From Phyllosticta citribraziliensis (taxonomy: Eukaryota): 64,000 bases of DNA. The DNA lies in assembly GCF_038025025.1 (NCBI RefSeq), contig NW_027117342.1:496001-560000 (forward strand). Direction: 5' to 3'. This document shows, one piece after another, positions 48,671 to 60,436 of this stretch (its first letter is position 1; each line of letters begins with the position of its first letter). The position numbers and the translations under genes are program-made. Below the pieces are notes generated by a model. The model searched no databases. It saw only the letters and a list, made by a program, of their open reading frames with translations, and was not told the origin of the DNA.

Positions 48671-50251
48671 ATGGGAAACCTGGGAAATGACATGCAAGAC
48701 GACCAACTCGCATGGGACACAAGCACCCGGATCAAAGACGCATGGGTGAGGAAAATCCGGAATTCCCTGAGAGAAATTGGATCCTTTGCCCTCAAACAAC
48801 TCAATGTGCAGACTACAGGAGGTGACATCAAAGTCCCTCCACAAGGAGCATTCCACGCGACCGTCGGTATCATCATCGATGGTGGGGGAGAACTGATCAT
48901 TCGGATTCCAAAGCCGGCATGGGCCATGTTCCCCGAGGAAAAGACGCCAATCGAAGCCGCGACAATGCAATTTATCAAGGCGAAGACAAGCGTCCCGGTG
49001 CCCAAGGTTTTTGATTGGGGCACTAGGGAGCAAGGCCCATGCAACTTTGGACCTTTCATCATCATGGAGAGAATTGGCAGTGAAAAATGCTTCCACGAAG
49101 TCTTGCAAGACCACAGCAGAGAGAAGGGGACTGGCCATAAGCTAGATCCAGATCTTCCAGATGAAACATTGCGCAAGAGCTATAGCCAGCTAGCGGGGAT
49201 CCTTGTCGAGCTGTCGAAGCCAACAGCAGAGCGCATCGGGTCACTTGTCAAAGTTGGGGACGAGTGGGAGGTGAAACATCGGCCGCTGACTTGTGATCTG
49301 AACGACCTCGTCCACCTGGGAGGTCTGCCCCGGGCCAAGGCCGAATCGGAGACCTTTTCCAGCTCCACGAGCTTTTTTCAATTCCTCGCCCATCTTCACC
49401 TCGAACACTTGATTCACCAGCGAAACGACGCCATCAAGGACGCCGAGGACTGCCGACGCAAATATGTCGCGCGCAAGCTCTTCATCAAACTCGCCGAAGA
49501 GGACAAGCTTTCCTGGCCTGACAGTTCTACATTTCGGCTCTGGAACGACGACCTGAGGCCGCACAACGTACTCACGGATGACGAATTGAACGTCAAGGCC
49601 GTCATCGACTGGGACTTTACCTATTTCGCCCCTCCTGAATACACATACAGTCCGCCGTGGTGGCTGCTACTCGACGTACCCGAGTTGTGGGACAACGGAG
49701 TCGAGGATTGGACCGCGCACTACGAAGGGAAGCTCGAAATCTTTCTGGACGAGCTGCAAAAGGTGGAAGATGATGGCATTGCAAATGGACAGCTCGAGCA
49801 TAGCCAGCGTTTGTCAGAGCGCATGCGCAAGTGCTGGGAAGACGGCGACTTTTGGGTGTTTTATGCCGCGAGGAAAAGCTTCGCCTTTGACACCATCTTT
49901 TGGTATAAGATCTGTCCGCGCTTCTTTGGCTTCGGTGCCGATGAATGGCAAAAGGGGGTGGAACTGCTAGGAAACGAGCTAAAAGGCATGGAAGAGGTTG
50001 TGGAAAAGAAGGTCAAGGAGATGGAGACGCGAGAGCTGGTGTGGGATTATGATGGGCCGGACCTTGATGAACCGGTCGAGGAGGAAAAGGACGACGCTGT
50101 GTCGCGCGCCGAGTATGACGCTCTGAGGAAGGAGCATGATGATCTCAAACAAGAGCATGACGTGCTCAAGGCCCGTGTGGAGAGGTTGTTTGGTCACCTT
50201 GGCCTTGAGGATCCCGATGAGCAATCCGGATCGAAGACTGCAGAGCCGTAA
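48671..50251 (+). CDS. APH/choline-kinase-like phosphotransferase family protein, single exon, C-terminal coiled coil
   Basis: GAFH, IIRIPKP, EAATMQFIK..TSVPVPKV, FIIMERI, LWNDDLRPHN (Brenner-like), IDWDF and SPPWWLLL motifs. Confidence 0.9.
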   Translation: MGNLGNDMQDDQLAWDTSTRIKDAWVRKIRNSLREIGSFALKQLNVQTTGGDIKVPPQGAFHATVGIIIDGGGELIIRIPKPAWAMFPEEKTPIEAATMQFIKAKTSVPVPKVFDWGTREQGPCNFGPFIIMERIGSEKCFHEVLQDHSREKGTGHKLDPDLPDETLRKSYSQLAGILVELSKPTAERIGSLVKVGDEWEVKHRPLTCDLNDLVHLGGLPRAKAESETFSSSTSFFQFLAHLHLEHLIHQRNDAIKDAEDCRRKYVARKLFIKLAEEDKLSWPDSSTFRLWNDDLRPHNVLTDDELNVKAVIDWDFTYFAPPEYTYSPPWWLLLDVPELWDNGVEDWTAHYEGKLEIFLDELQKVEDDGIANGQLEHSQRLSERMRKCWEDGDFWVFYAARKSFAFDTIFWYKICPRFFGFGADEWQKGVELLGNELKGMEEVVEKKVKEMETRELVWDYDGPDLDEPVEEEKDDAVSRAEYDALRKEHDDLKQEHDVLKARVERLFGHLGLEDPDEQSGSKTAEP

Positions 50252-51168
50252 CGGAGAAAGCGAACAAAGACAACTCTGAACATGCCCGCAAAGAAGACCG
50301 TCCGATTGGCGCGTAGAACGCAATAGGTAGAAGAACAGTTCGACAAAGACTGCCTCTGAGATTTCAATCCTTTCAGCCTTGTCGTGTTGGAAGCAAGGCC
50401 TCTGATTGGTCGACGTCTAAGGATGTAGGAACCGTCCGAGCCTCGGAGCCAGAAGTCGCAGCACACAGCGGAGAAGGACATTCGTTTGCTGTAAAAGGTG
50501 GATTACAAGAGTTCTCTAATGCCGTTTCGCAGCCAGAGTCCTCCCATGCATTCAGCCCTTGTGCACTGAGCACTCGATCTCCCCACGTCGTCTACCTCGG
50601 TCCGTAGCATTGTCTATTCCCGTCGATCGAGGCCATCCAACACTGCAACAACAGTCAGATGGCGTCACAAAAGACCAAAAGAATAGGCGGTGAAGGGGTT
50701 GCCGTGGAAAGCTGAGTAAGACGCCGTTGCCGGCTGACTGTTTACCGGCTGACACCGTTTCGGAGTGCAGTAAGCCGGGGAATCGCAACCCAACAACGAC
50801 AACGAATATATATGACGGACGCCTGGGACGGAGAAGAAGGGTAGTTGTGCAGGAAACAATCAAATCTCTTCTCCTCCGTGCTGGATCACCCCTTGGATTG
50901 AACGTGCTGGCACCTCCAACTTTAATGACCTTTCAACATCAAAGCAAGGTACGCTTTCTATATGACTCGGCAAAAACGACGCTAACCTAAACAGATGTCT
51001 ACCTCGCTCGTGTTTGGCTTTGCAGGCTCGTTTCTTCTCTGGCGACTCAACAACATTTTCGAAGCGTACGCGACGGCGGGGGAGCCTGACGGGGAGGAGG
51101 AATGAAGCCCGAAATAGCTCGGGGACCGAAAATAGACGCTAGTCAGCACTACCACCACCACAACAATG

Positions 51169-52793
51169 CTATGGCCTCCACCTGAACCCGGGATGCTTCC
51201 AGTCCAAGTCCTGGACCTGCTTGGTCGACAGGCCGACCAGCTGTGAATCCACGTCGCGCCCGTCGCGCTTCTTGTTGTCGTACTTCATCCACAGCAGCAG
51301 CAGCACCGAGCATATCAGCGTCAGGGTGGCGCTGGCGCAGTTGAGCCCGTTGCCGATGTGGTAGTTGGGCGCGTCCCGGTCGAGGTACGACCAGGTCGAG
51401 ATCATGCCGCCAATGTTGCCTATCATGACATTTGTGCCAATGGCCGCCGAGCGCGCCGTGTCGGACACGACGTTGGCCGAGACGTGGGCGTTGCAGAGGG
51501 CCCCAAAGGCAAAGGCGCCGCTGGCGACCAAGAACGTTGCGCCGTACCGCACGTTCGAGTCGATTGACCCGAGGAACATGGCGTAGCCGGCAATCATGAG
51601 CGGCGAGCTGGCGATGAAGAAGATGACGCGCCGGTCGAAGCGCCAGCTCAAAAAGGGAAACATGAGGGTGAAAAAAGCGCCGACTACGTACGGCGGGGCG
51701 GACCGCAGCTGCTGCGAGATGACGGTGCTGTCGGGATAGATGGAGCGCACGATCGTTGGTAGGAAGAAGGACATCCCTTGGACTGTTATGTTATTCAATA
51801 GAAAGATGAAGCCAGTCAGCAGCGTGACGGGCGAGAAGATGCCCTTGAGCGTCTTGGGCACGTCGAGCTTGTCGAGCACTTCGGTCGTGCCAACGCGCTC
51901 CGACTTGACTCGAGCCACGGCAAGCTTCTTTTCCTCTTCGCTGAGCCACCTGGCCGTCTCGGGTCGGTCCGTGAGGACGGCAAACGCGACAAGGGCTATC
52001 CCGCAAGTGATGATGCCTTCAATGGCAAAAATCATTCTCCAGCGGTGGAGGCCGCCAAAGTGGGAGAGTTTGAGAATCGCCGATGCAAGCAGGCCGCCAA
52101 ACGCGCCGCCGAGGGGCGCCATGGTGATGTACTGACTTGTCAGTGACTTGGCGTTGGGAAAGCGGCGGCACTTACAAGTGACAGTCGAAATGCCAGCTCG
52201 CCTCTGCGATACCACCTGGAAAAGTAGTAGGCGATTCCAGGCAGCATGCCCGCTTCGAACAGACCTGCTACGGTCAAACAAGGGACAGACTTGGTCAAGA
52301 GTCTTACCAAGCAAAAAGCGAACGCCACATGCAGCCCCCAAACTATGTACAAACGCTGTTCCGATGGAGCAGATGCCAAAGCAAAGCGCGAGGAATGGCA
52401 AGAACCAGCCAGGGCCGATCAATTTGCAAGCCATGTTGCAGGGGATTTCGAAGATGATGTACGAAATGTAAAAGACGGTCAAGAGGACATTGTAGTCGTA
52501 GCCCTCGAGGCTGAGGTCTTGTTTGAGGCCGGCGAGTGCAGCATTTCCTACAAAGTTAGCGGGGAATTAAGCATAAAGAAGAACTTACCAATGTTTGCAC
52601 GGTCAATAAAGCAAAAGAGGTACAAAAGACAAATGATGGGGGTAATTACGAGATCAATCTTCCACCTCAACCTCCTCTCGGCAGCGGGATCAAACTCGAC
52701 GAGCGAGTGGCCATATTGATCCGTGGCAGCTTGACCCTCCTCGGCCGCAGCCTGGGCAAACTCGAGATGCTTGATGTCAACCTTGTCGGCCAT
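51169..52793 (-). CDS. MFS transporter, anion:cation symporter (allantoate/nicotinate permease-like)
   Basis: ERRLRWKIDL..LFCFIDRANI|GNA, FEIPCN, GPGWF, RFLLG|LFEAGMLPG, WYRRGELAFR, WRMIFAIEG, PETARWL and HPGFRWRP motifs. Confidence 0.94.
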
Positions 52794-53600
52794 GATGAGG
52801 AAAGCGAAAACAAAGTTTGGCCAACATTCTTATGTAGTGTTGGCTTCTACCCCGCAAAACGATGTGCCCCGGTCGGAAAAGCCGCCAAGTCTGTGGGGAA
52901 GCGCTCGGCATTGCCCTCGAGTCTGGGGAACCCGGAATCAGTCAGCTCAGGGCGGAGGGTTTGCGGCGAATCGGTTCAAAGAGTGCCGTGGGACATCCGA
53001 CTTGACGACAGCCGCGTGTTTGACGATGGTGATGGAGTTGAGGAGGTGGTTGAGATGGAAACGACGTGGTGGAAGCGAGGTGAAGCGAGCTAACCGACAT
53101 GCGGGACGACGCAGGACACCACTGCACCACATTTCAACATATTTCTTTTGTGCCTTTTTCAGCCTTGTCTCTGTACTTTTTTTCTCTCACATCATTGTCA
53201 TCATCTTTCTCTACTTTTTCCCACAAGTCAACTCCATCTCAGTCTCGTGCTTTGGCCAGTCCATCTCATCTGTCTTAGTCAACAAGGTTGCATCCTGCAC
53301 TCCTGCGTCGTGTAGCACGCAAGATGCAAACACGGCAGCTCCAAACCCATCCCCCGATGAACGGCGACGATACGGCAGTCTCTGCAGCAAAATGCAGTCG
53401 ACGCAACACCGTGCGTGACCAAAAATACCAGAAAATGTGGGCCTAGTCGTCTAGCCCCCATTTACGCCTCCTCGAACAGGAAGGTACATGGCCTGTCTCA
53501 AACCACTGATAACCACGGATCCACCGAATCCTCCAGATGATGGGACTACATATAGGGGCGGCGGCGGCGGGCTGGCCCGTAGGAATCGTCAGATTGCAGA

Positions 53601-55319
53601 ATGAGAGGCTTTTTGTTGTTGTTTGCGGGTGCTGCCCTGGCCAATGTCGTACCGAGAGGGTTGTCCTTGAACCGCCCTCCACGACTTCAGGATGTGTCCA
53701 TCAGCGCGGCGAATCTCGGCTCTTTTGAACAGCTGATTGATCATGGGGATCCTTCGCTTGGAACGTTTTCGCAGCGCTTTTGGTACAGCGATGAATATTG
53801 GACGGGTCCAGGAGCTCCAGTAAGTGCGCGCCAAATTTGAATTCGTTTCTGACAGAAGTAGGTCGTTTTCTTCACTCCTGGCGAAGTCGAGGCGTCTGGC
53901 TATACGGGCTACCTCACCAACAAGTCCATCACCGGGCTCTTTGCCCAGGCGATTGGCGGAGCCGTCGTCATGCTGGAGCACCGTTACTGGGGCGAGTCGT
54001 CCCCATACGATGAGCTCACCACCAAGAACCTGCAATATTTGACCCTGGAAAATTCAATCAAAGACACGACGTACTTTGCCAAGAGCGTCAAGCTTCCGTT
54101 CGATACCAACGGGAGCAGCAACGCAGCAAACGCGGTAAGAAAACAGCCCTGCCGATATTCTTAGCTGACCATCAGCCCTGGGTGTTTTCTGGCGGCTCTT
54201 ACAGCGGCGCCCTCTCTGCCTGGACGCAGGCCAAGGATCCCGGCACTTTCTGGGCGTATCACGCATCCAGCGCTGTGGTGCAGGCCATTGATGATTTTGT
54301 AAGACTCCAGCCCCCAACATATCCACTCGCTAATGACGTAGTGGCAATACTTCGCCCCCGTGCAAAAAGGAATGCCGCAAAACTGCAGCGCCGACGTGTC
54401 GCTCGTCGTTGGCCACATCGATGGCGTGTTGAAAAACGGCACGACGCAGCAAAAGAGCGACCTCAAGGCGCAGTTTGGCCTCGCTGGCCTCGAGCACGAC
54501 GACGACTTTGCCAGCGCGCTTGAGAATGGCCCGTGGCTGTGGCAGAGCAACTCGTTCTACAGCGGCTACTCGTCGTTTTATCAGTTCTGTGACTACGTCG
54601 AGAATGCCATTAATGGCAGCATCCCTGACGCCTCAGGGGTAGGCCTCGACAAGGCGTTGGCGGGCTACGCCAAATGGACCAAGGACGTCTTGGTGCCTGG
54701 ATGTGAGTCGACCCTTTGAGAAGCTAGCAGAGCTGACAGATTAGATTGCGCTTCGTACGGCTACTGGACTGATGATGGCGACCTCTCCTGCTTCGACACG
54801 TACAACGCGAGCAGCCCGCTCTTCACCGACGTGTCAGTCGACAACGCCGTCGACCGCCAATGGCAGTGGTTCCTCTGCAACGAGCCCTTTGCGTATTGGC
54901 AAGACGGCGCGCCATCGGATCGCGCAAGCATCGTGTCGCGGCTGGTCACGGCCGACTACTGGCAGCGGCAGTGCAGCCTCTTCTTCCCGGCCGAGGGCAA
55001 CTTCACGTACGGCAGCGCGACGGGCAAGACGGTCGATGACGTCAACGCCTACACGGGCGGCTGGTTCATGAACACGACGCGCCTCATTTGGGTCAACGGC
55101 GAGTTCGACCCGTGGCTCGACGCGACGGTATCGTCGGAATTCCGGCCAGGCGGCGCGCTCGAGTCGACAGCCACGGCGCCCGTCCAGGTGATTCCGTCGG
55201 GCATCCACTGCTCGGACCTGATAGCGCAAAACGGCGTCGTCAACGCGGGCGCGCAAAAGGTCATCGACACGGAGGTCGCACAGATCAAGGCGTGGGTGGA
55301 CGAATGGCCCGGATATTAG
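53601..55319 (+). CDS. Secreted serine peptidase family S28 (prolyl carboxypeptidase-like)
   Basis: Signal peptide MRGFLLLFAGAALA, then FEQLIDH..TFSQRFW, EHRYWGESSP, GGSYSG (catalytic Ser), QWQWFLCNEP, NGEFDPW and HCSDL. Confidence 0.94.
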
Positions 55320-55345
55320 ATTTATGTACAAATGTTCATCATTGA

Positions 55346-56678
55346 TCAAGGCACTCGCTGAAAGAACCGCCGCTCGCTCTCACTGACGCTGGCTGCGTCT
55401 GACGCCTGTGCTGAAAAATAGCTCGACGCGTTGCGCTCCTGCTGCTGCGACATGACTGTCGTCACCTTGATGCCCTCGTCCGAGCTTTCCGACGCGTCGT
55501 CTTGCGAGCGCGCCTTTGCGATTCTGGTCTGCACGGCGCTCTTGCGGCGATCGTGCGATTTGTTGTTGGAGTCGAGCGGCTTGAGCCCATACAACTCGCC
55601 AACCTCGCCGCGCGAGCGCCAGCTACGACTATGGTAGCGGCCGGAATTGGGGTTGGAGCGGCTGCCGGAGCCAATGGTGGACAGCAGGTGCGGAAAGTAG
55701 CGCGAGATGAGCACCTTGAGCGAAGGCAGCGAGGCGCACATGATGGCGACGTTGCATTCGACCGTCGACCAGAGCAGGGCGCCCGTGTTGTCGTACGTCA
55801 CGTCGTTGGACTTGCTGACCTTGGCCAGCGATTTGAGACGCAGAATCGCCGTGACACCGCCGCTACAGCCCCTTTGTCAGCTTATTTCATCGTCGTGGTC
55901 ATGCCGACTCACAATGATCCAAACGCAAAAATGGCCATCAGCGCAATCTTCTGCCGCTTGTGTATCTTGAGTGATTTGAGCACCGGCATCGGTAGTACAA
56001 TCACCAAAAAGTCGGAGAAGATGTTGATGCCCGCGTGCGTAAACCACACTGCCTCAAAATCCAAGCAGCTGCCGCTTGTTGGATCCAGGGCGCGGCTCCA
56101 AAAATAGTGGATCGGTTTGCAGTTGAATATGTTCATAAAGCCAGCCACAAACGTGTACGTCACGACAAAGGTAATCGTCGCATAGCACGCGATGCGCATT
56201 GCTTGCTGCGTGCCAAAGATTCGGAGGTATTGGAGGAGAATCGAGAGTTTGGTGAGGCAAAGGGAGACGAGGTAGATGAGGATGCTTGCAAAGACGTACT
56301 GAAAGGTCAGCGGGGTCTTGTTGAATGGAGAAGACTCACTTGAAAGACTTTGGCCGTTTCGCTTGGTGGGTTCTCCCAGACATGATTTCCCAATCCATGG
56401 CGAACCTCTGCTTCAATTAGCACCAGTCGAACTCCACTCGAATAAAAACTTGCCTTGACTTGCTACCACGGCCAGCACAATGTTGAGTATCTAAACAGTT
56501 AGCCACGCCTTTATTCGACATGTCCACATACCGATGACGAGGATATAATGACATCGTCCCACCCAACGCCTCCCACCAAAACGAGCCGACTATACAGCCG
56601 CAGAGCAACCACAATCGACGCAACAACGGTAACAATGATGCAAGTCACCAGCGTCTGTTTGCCCTCCGCCGTGACCAT
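55346..56678 (-). CDS. PTH11-like integral membrane protein (no CFEM)
   Basis: VALRLYSR..GWDD, GLGNH, KLSILLQYLRIF, CKPIHYFW, NIFSDFLVIVLPMP..QKIAL and WSTVECNVAIMCASLP motifs. Multi-exon. Confidence 0.9.
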
Positions 56679-57586
56679 GTCGGATATTGGGCAGGGGGAC
56701 AGAGAGACGTAAGAGCAGTAAGTCAGGTCGAATACAGGATAATATAGACCCAGCGGGCGGGCGGGAGGGAGCTTGGCCAGCAGCCAGGATGCTCCCGTCC
56801 GGGCCTCAGTCCAGCAGTGACTTGCCCTTGGTGCGACGCGTAGTCGATAGTCTTGTAGTTGATCAAGTCCATCAACAAGACTACGCCGCTTGATTGGCAA
56901 ATTCAATCACCGTCTGCTGCTATTCGAGTCGGCTGCGCACTGCGGAGATTGTTAGCGGCTGAGGTTGAGCTGGCCATACCGAGTGCACGGTGGCTGAGCT
57001 CCTCACTTTCCTCGAGGATATCCATGCTTGGACGGTGTGAAGAAACAGGGCAGAATGCAGCATCCAATCGACTCGGGGCGGATGATTCTCCCGACGGGAG
57101 CTGCTGGGGTGCTCCCTATGGCTGCCCCTTAATTGTTTGATCTACGAGTTCCCGCCCTCTTTCCCAGAGCGATCGAGCTTTGTCGCTTTGTAAATCAGCG
57201 ATCGTCGAGAGTCGTCCTTCTTCGAGGTCGACAGGACGTGACGCCATTGCGCAGAGAGCCCTCACGTTGGGCGGCAAAAAATGTAGTGCCGTATTCTCCT
57301 CGGTTCAAGAAACACCGGCTGGAAACACCAAGACACTCCAAGGATCGGCGTCTCCGGGTGGGGCTACCCCAGATCCACACACGGCTGACGTCCGTGCCGG
57401 GAACGTGATTAGCACACTGTCGCTTCACTCGTACCCAGCCGTGACAATCTGTATAAATGAACAACGTGTAGAGGCGTTCAATAGTTCGAGTCGCCAAAAA
57501 CGGCATGGATGCGGAAAAGGCCGAATCGATTCAGGAATACAATCTAACCAACGCTATGCCAACTCCAACTCCATGAATGCAGGTCT

Positions 57587-59202
57587 CTATACGACGTTCT
57601 TCCTCGCCCAAACGGCCTGCAAAAAGGCCCCGTAGCTCCAGGTCAAGTCTGTCGCTCCACGTTCAAATCCAGTATACCGATCAAACTGTTCGCTCAGAGC
57701 GCCATCGGCATTGGCGTGCCCCTTGACCACATCAAGAAAGCTGTCGCCGACCTGGATCAGTCTCTCCACAGCAGTCTCAAAAACGTTAGTGTCGTCAGAG
57801 GCAGTGTAGGAGTATGACGACTTGGTTGCAGGAAGAGGACAGGCAGAAGAGGAAGGCTTGCCCCCACAGACCAAGGCGTTCCAGAACGAAGCGCCACGTG
57901 CGGAAAAGTCGAGGCGACCCGTAGAGTTGAGGTGGGCTGCGGTCCGATAGAGAATCTCCGAGACGGACGACGTGCAGAGGAACCACGGGTTTCCACCGGC
58001 AGGTTTCGCCTCGTAACCGTCGTACATGTCTTCGGGGTAACGGCCAACACCGACACCGCGAAGAGGGTCTGCATCTTGGCTGCCAGTGTTGACAGGGAAC
58101 CGGTCTCGCTGGTCACTGACCAACTTGAGGAGCGAGGCAAGGACGGCGTCATCGTGAGGTGGAAAGACGGCAGGCCAGGTTTGGTCGGCAGCCTGGCCGT
58201 GTAGAGAACCCAACAGCACGCTGCAGTCCATGCCCGAGCGCTGCCACTCGGCATCACTGCCTCGGGTGGCCCGAATGTAGCCACCTTCTTCGTCCCAGAA
58301 TTCGTTGCGGATGCTTTTTTCAAGCTTGTCCGCCTCGGCGGAATAGTAGGCGGCGGCCCCAGGGTCCTGGAATACTTTTGCCAAGTTGGACCCTTGACGT
58401 AGGGCGCGGAGCTGCGTCATGCTGGTGAAAAAGTGGCGACCCTGGACCTCTTCCCACACGTCAAAGCCCGAGTCGGGCCAGTGGCGCGCAACGTACTCCA
58501 AGTCTGCCTTGACAGGGCTGAGGGCGGGTAGTTCAGCCTTGTAAAATCTCGTAAACCAGTCGTCATTGCTCGCCTCCCAGAGACCGGGGTGAGTCGTGTT
58601 GTAGGCTTGCAGATAAGAAATAAGGGCCGAAGCGCGCAGGGCTGGACCGTCGCGTTGGGGACGACCCCAGTTGCCGGTAAACGGAGAACCATCGACCTCG
58701 AACTTTGGCTCTCCGAGTCCAGAAAGGTCGGGGAATGAAAAGTCGCCAGAGGGGTTTGCAGTGCGCTGAATGTTGCGAGACAGGGCGGCGTACGATTCAA
58801 AAGTTGGCAGTAGAATTTCAGTCGCCTGCTGCGAGGTGGGATCCAGGTTGTACAAGTCGACTACGGTAGCCATGGTTATGCCAGCATCGCGGATCCCTGG
58901 GTCGTTAGTGATAGTCTTGGGAGAATAATAACCAACTTACATTGGTAGTAGTAGTTGGGATGCTCTCTCGACGGGCTGGCCAAGACAGTGCCGGGCGCAG
59001 CACCCTGAGCATTGCGCCCAAAAGGTGCAATGTTGGCGAGCAACCGGTCTACTGCAACGTCCTCTTCATCCTTCAACCACGACTCGAGGGCAGTTGTGGA
59101 TTGCGGCGCAGACAGCAACTTTTGAGCATCTTGAAGGGAGGGAATGTATAGGGCCAGAGAGGTCGACGTCAAGGCGCCGAGCAAAACAAAATCAATAAAC
59201 AT
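57587..59202 (-). CDS. Glucoamylase, glycoside hydrolase family 15, without a CBM20 starch-binding domain
   Basis: Signal peptide, then ASPS..PNYYYQ|WIRDAG, GLGEPKF, WGRPQRDGPALRA, FDVWEE, GRYPEDMYDG, GNPWFLCT, LSEQFD and LTWSY. The protein ends directly after the catalytic domain. Confidence 0.95.
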
Positions 59203-60436
59203 GATGGGTATCTAGGAAGAAGCAAAGTGGCTGTCTGGTCCGGTGAGCAGACATGGCAGTTTATAAACGGAACAAATGACAGGAAACAAAAAGGGCGGCA
59301 GCTGAGACCGCACGAGGCAGCCATGACAGTCCAAGCGCGGCAGGAGGCGGTCCAGCGTCGAAGGCGTAGAATCATTGCAAGCTGAAGGCCTGACGTGTGT
59401 CGCATGACGGACAAAGGCCCGCGTGTCACATGCGGACTGGCTCTCGTGTTCCTGCAGCGGCCCTGACAGAAAGCGGGAGACAGGGAGTAATGCAATCACT
59501 CTGAGTGTGTCCAACAGTCGAACAACAAGCCCAGCGACAAAGTTCAACGGTGAGTGGTCGTTGTTTGCAGCAACAACAGCAAAACATTCGTGGAAATGGC
59601 TGGCGGCGTTTCAGCAGCCAACGGCGTCAAACAAAATGACTGCTCATCTCCTGTTCATATGACGTCGCTGCTCACGAGGGACAGCCCGGGGCGTCAGCCA
59701 AGCACGAGGCGGCTACCACAGGACCGAAGCCGAAGAGAGCCGACTTTGGAAGCCTCGGGACGACTCTCTACTCCTCTTGCTCCACGTATGCCGTCAAAAT
59801 GCTGTGACCGGCTGCAACAAGACTGACTCGTGTGGCCCGATTAGGTTGGGAAGAGTCCCTGAGGCAGCCAGAATGACGAATGGACGGCGCCACGCCGATT
59901 GCGCCACGTCAAACGTCTCGTGCCTCTTCTTCTCACAGCTTGGCTTCCTTCTTTTTGTTATTCGTCTCTGAAATGTAACCGTGGGCAACCGGGTTCAGCT
60001 TGTCGTTGGCGGCCAGGGCAAAGGGCGGTTTGAAGAGGGCACGAGAGAAGAAAACCGGATGACGGACGGCGCAGTCATAGACAGGGCTCGCCACGGGGTA
60101 TGTGTGTTGCTGGTGCTGGGGCGGGAGCTGCAACGGTCGGGTCAGCGCCGTCTGCTGCGAGCGACTCATCGACTCGACGAACCTTGGGTCTCGGAGGCTG
60201 GAGAAGCGGTAACATGACGGGCGGAAGAATGGCTGGAGTGGTGTGGACGGTGTCAGAGGAAGTCAGCTGGATAAGTAGACTGGATTCATGTCATGATCAA
60301 GGAGCAGACATGCGCATTGCGGGGAAGCGAAGCGGAGCAGCGGAGGGGAGGCCAGCCGCTGACTAACCCCGTCGTCCCGTCATCCCAATCCTTCCCGCTG
60401 TCGCAAAATGTCGCCCTGCCGTGGTTCTTCATCACC

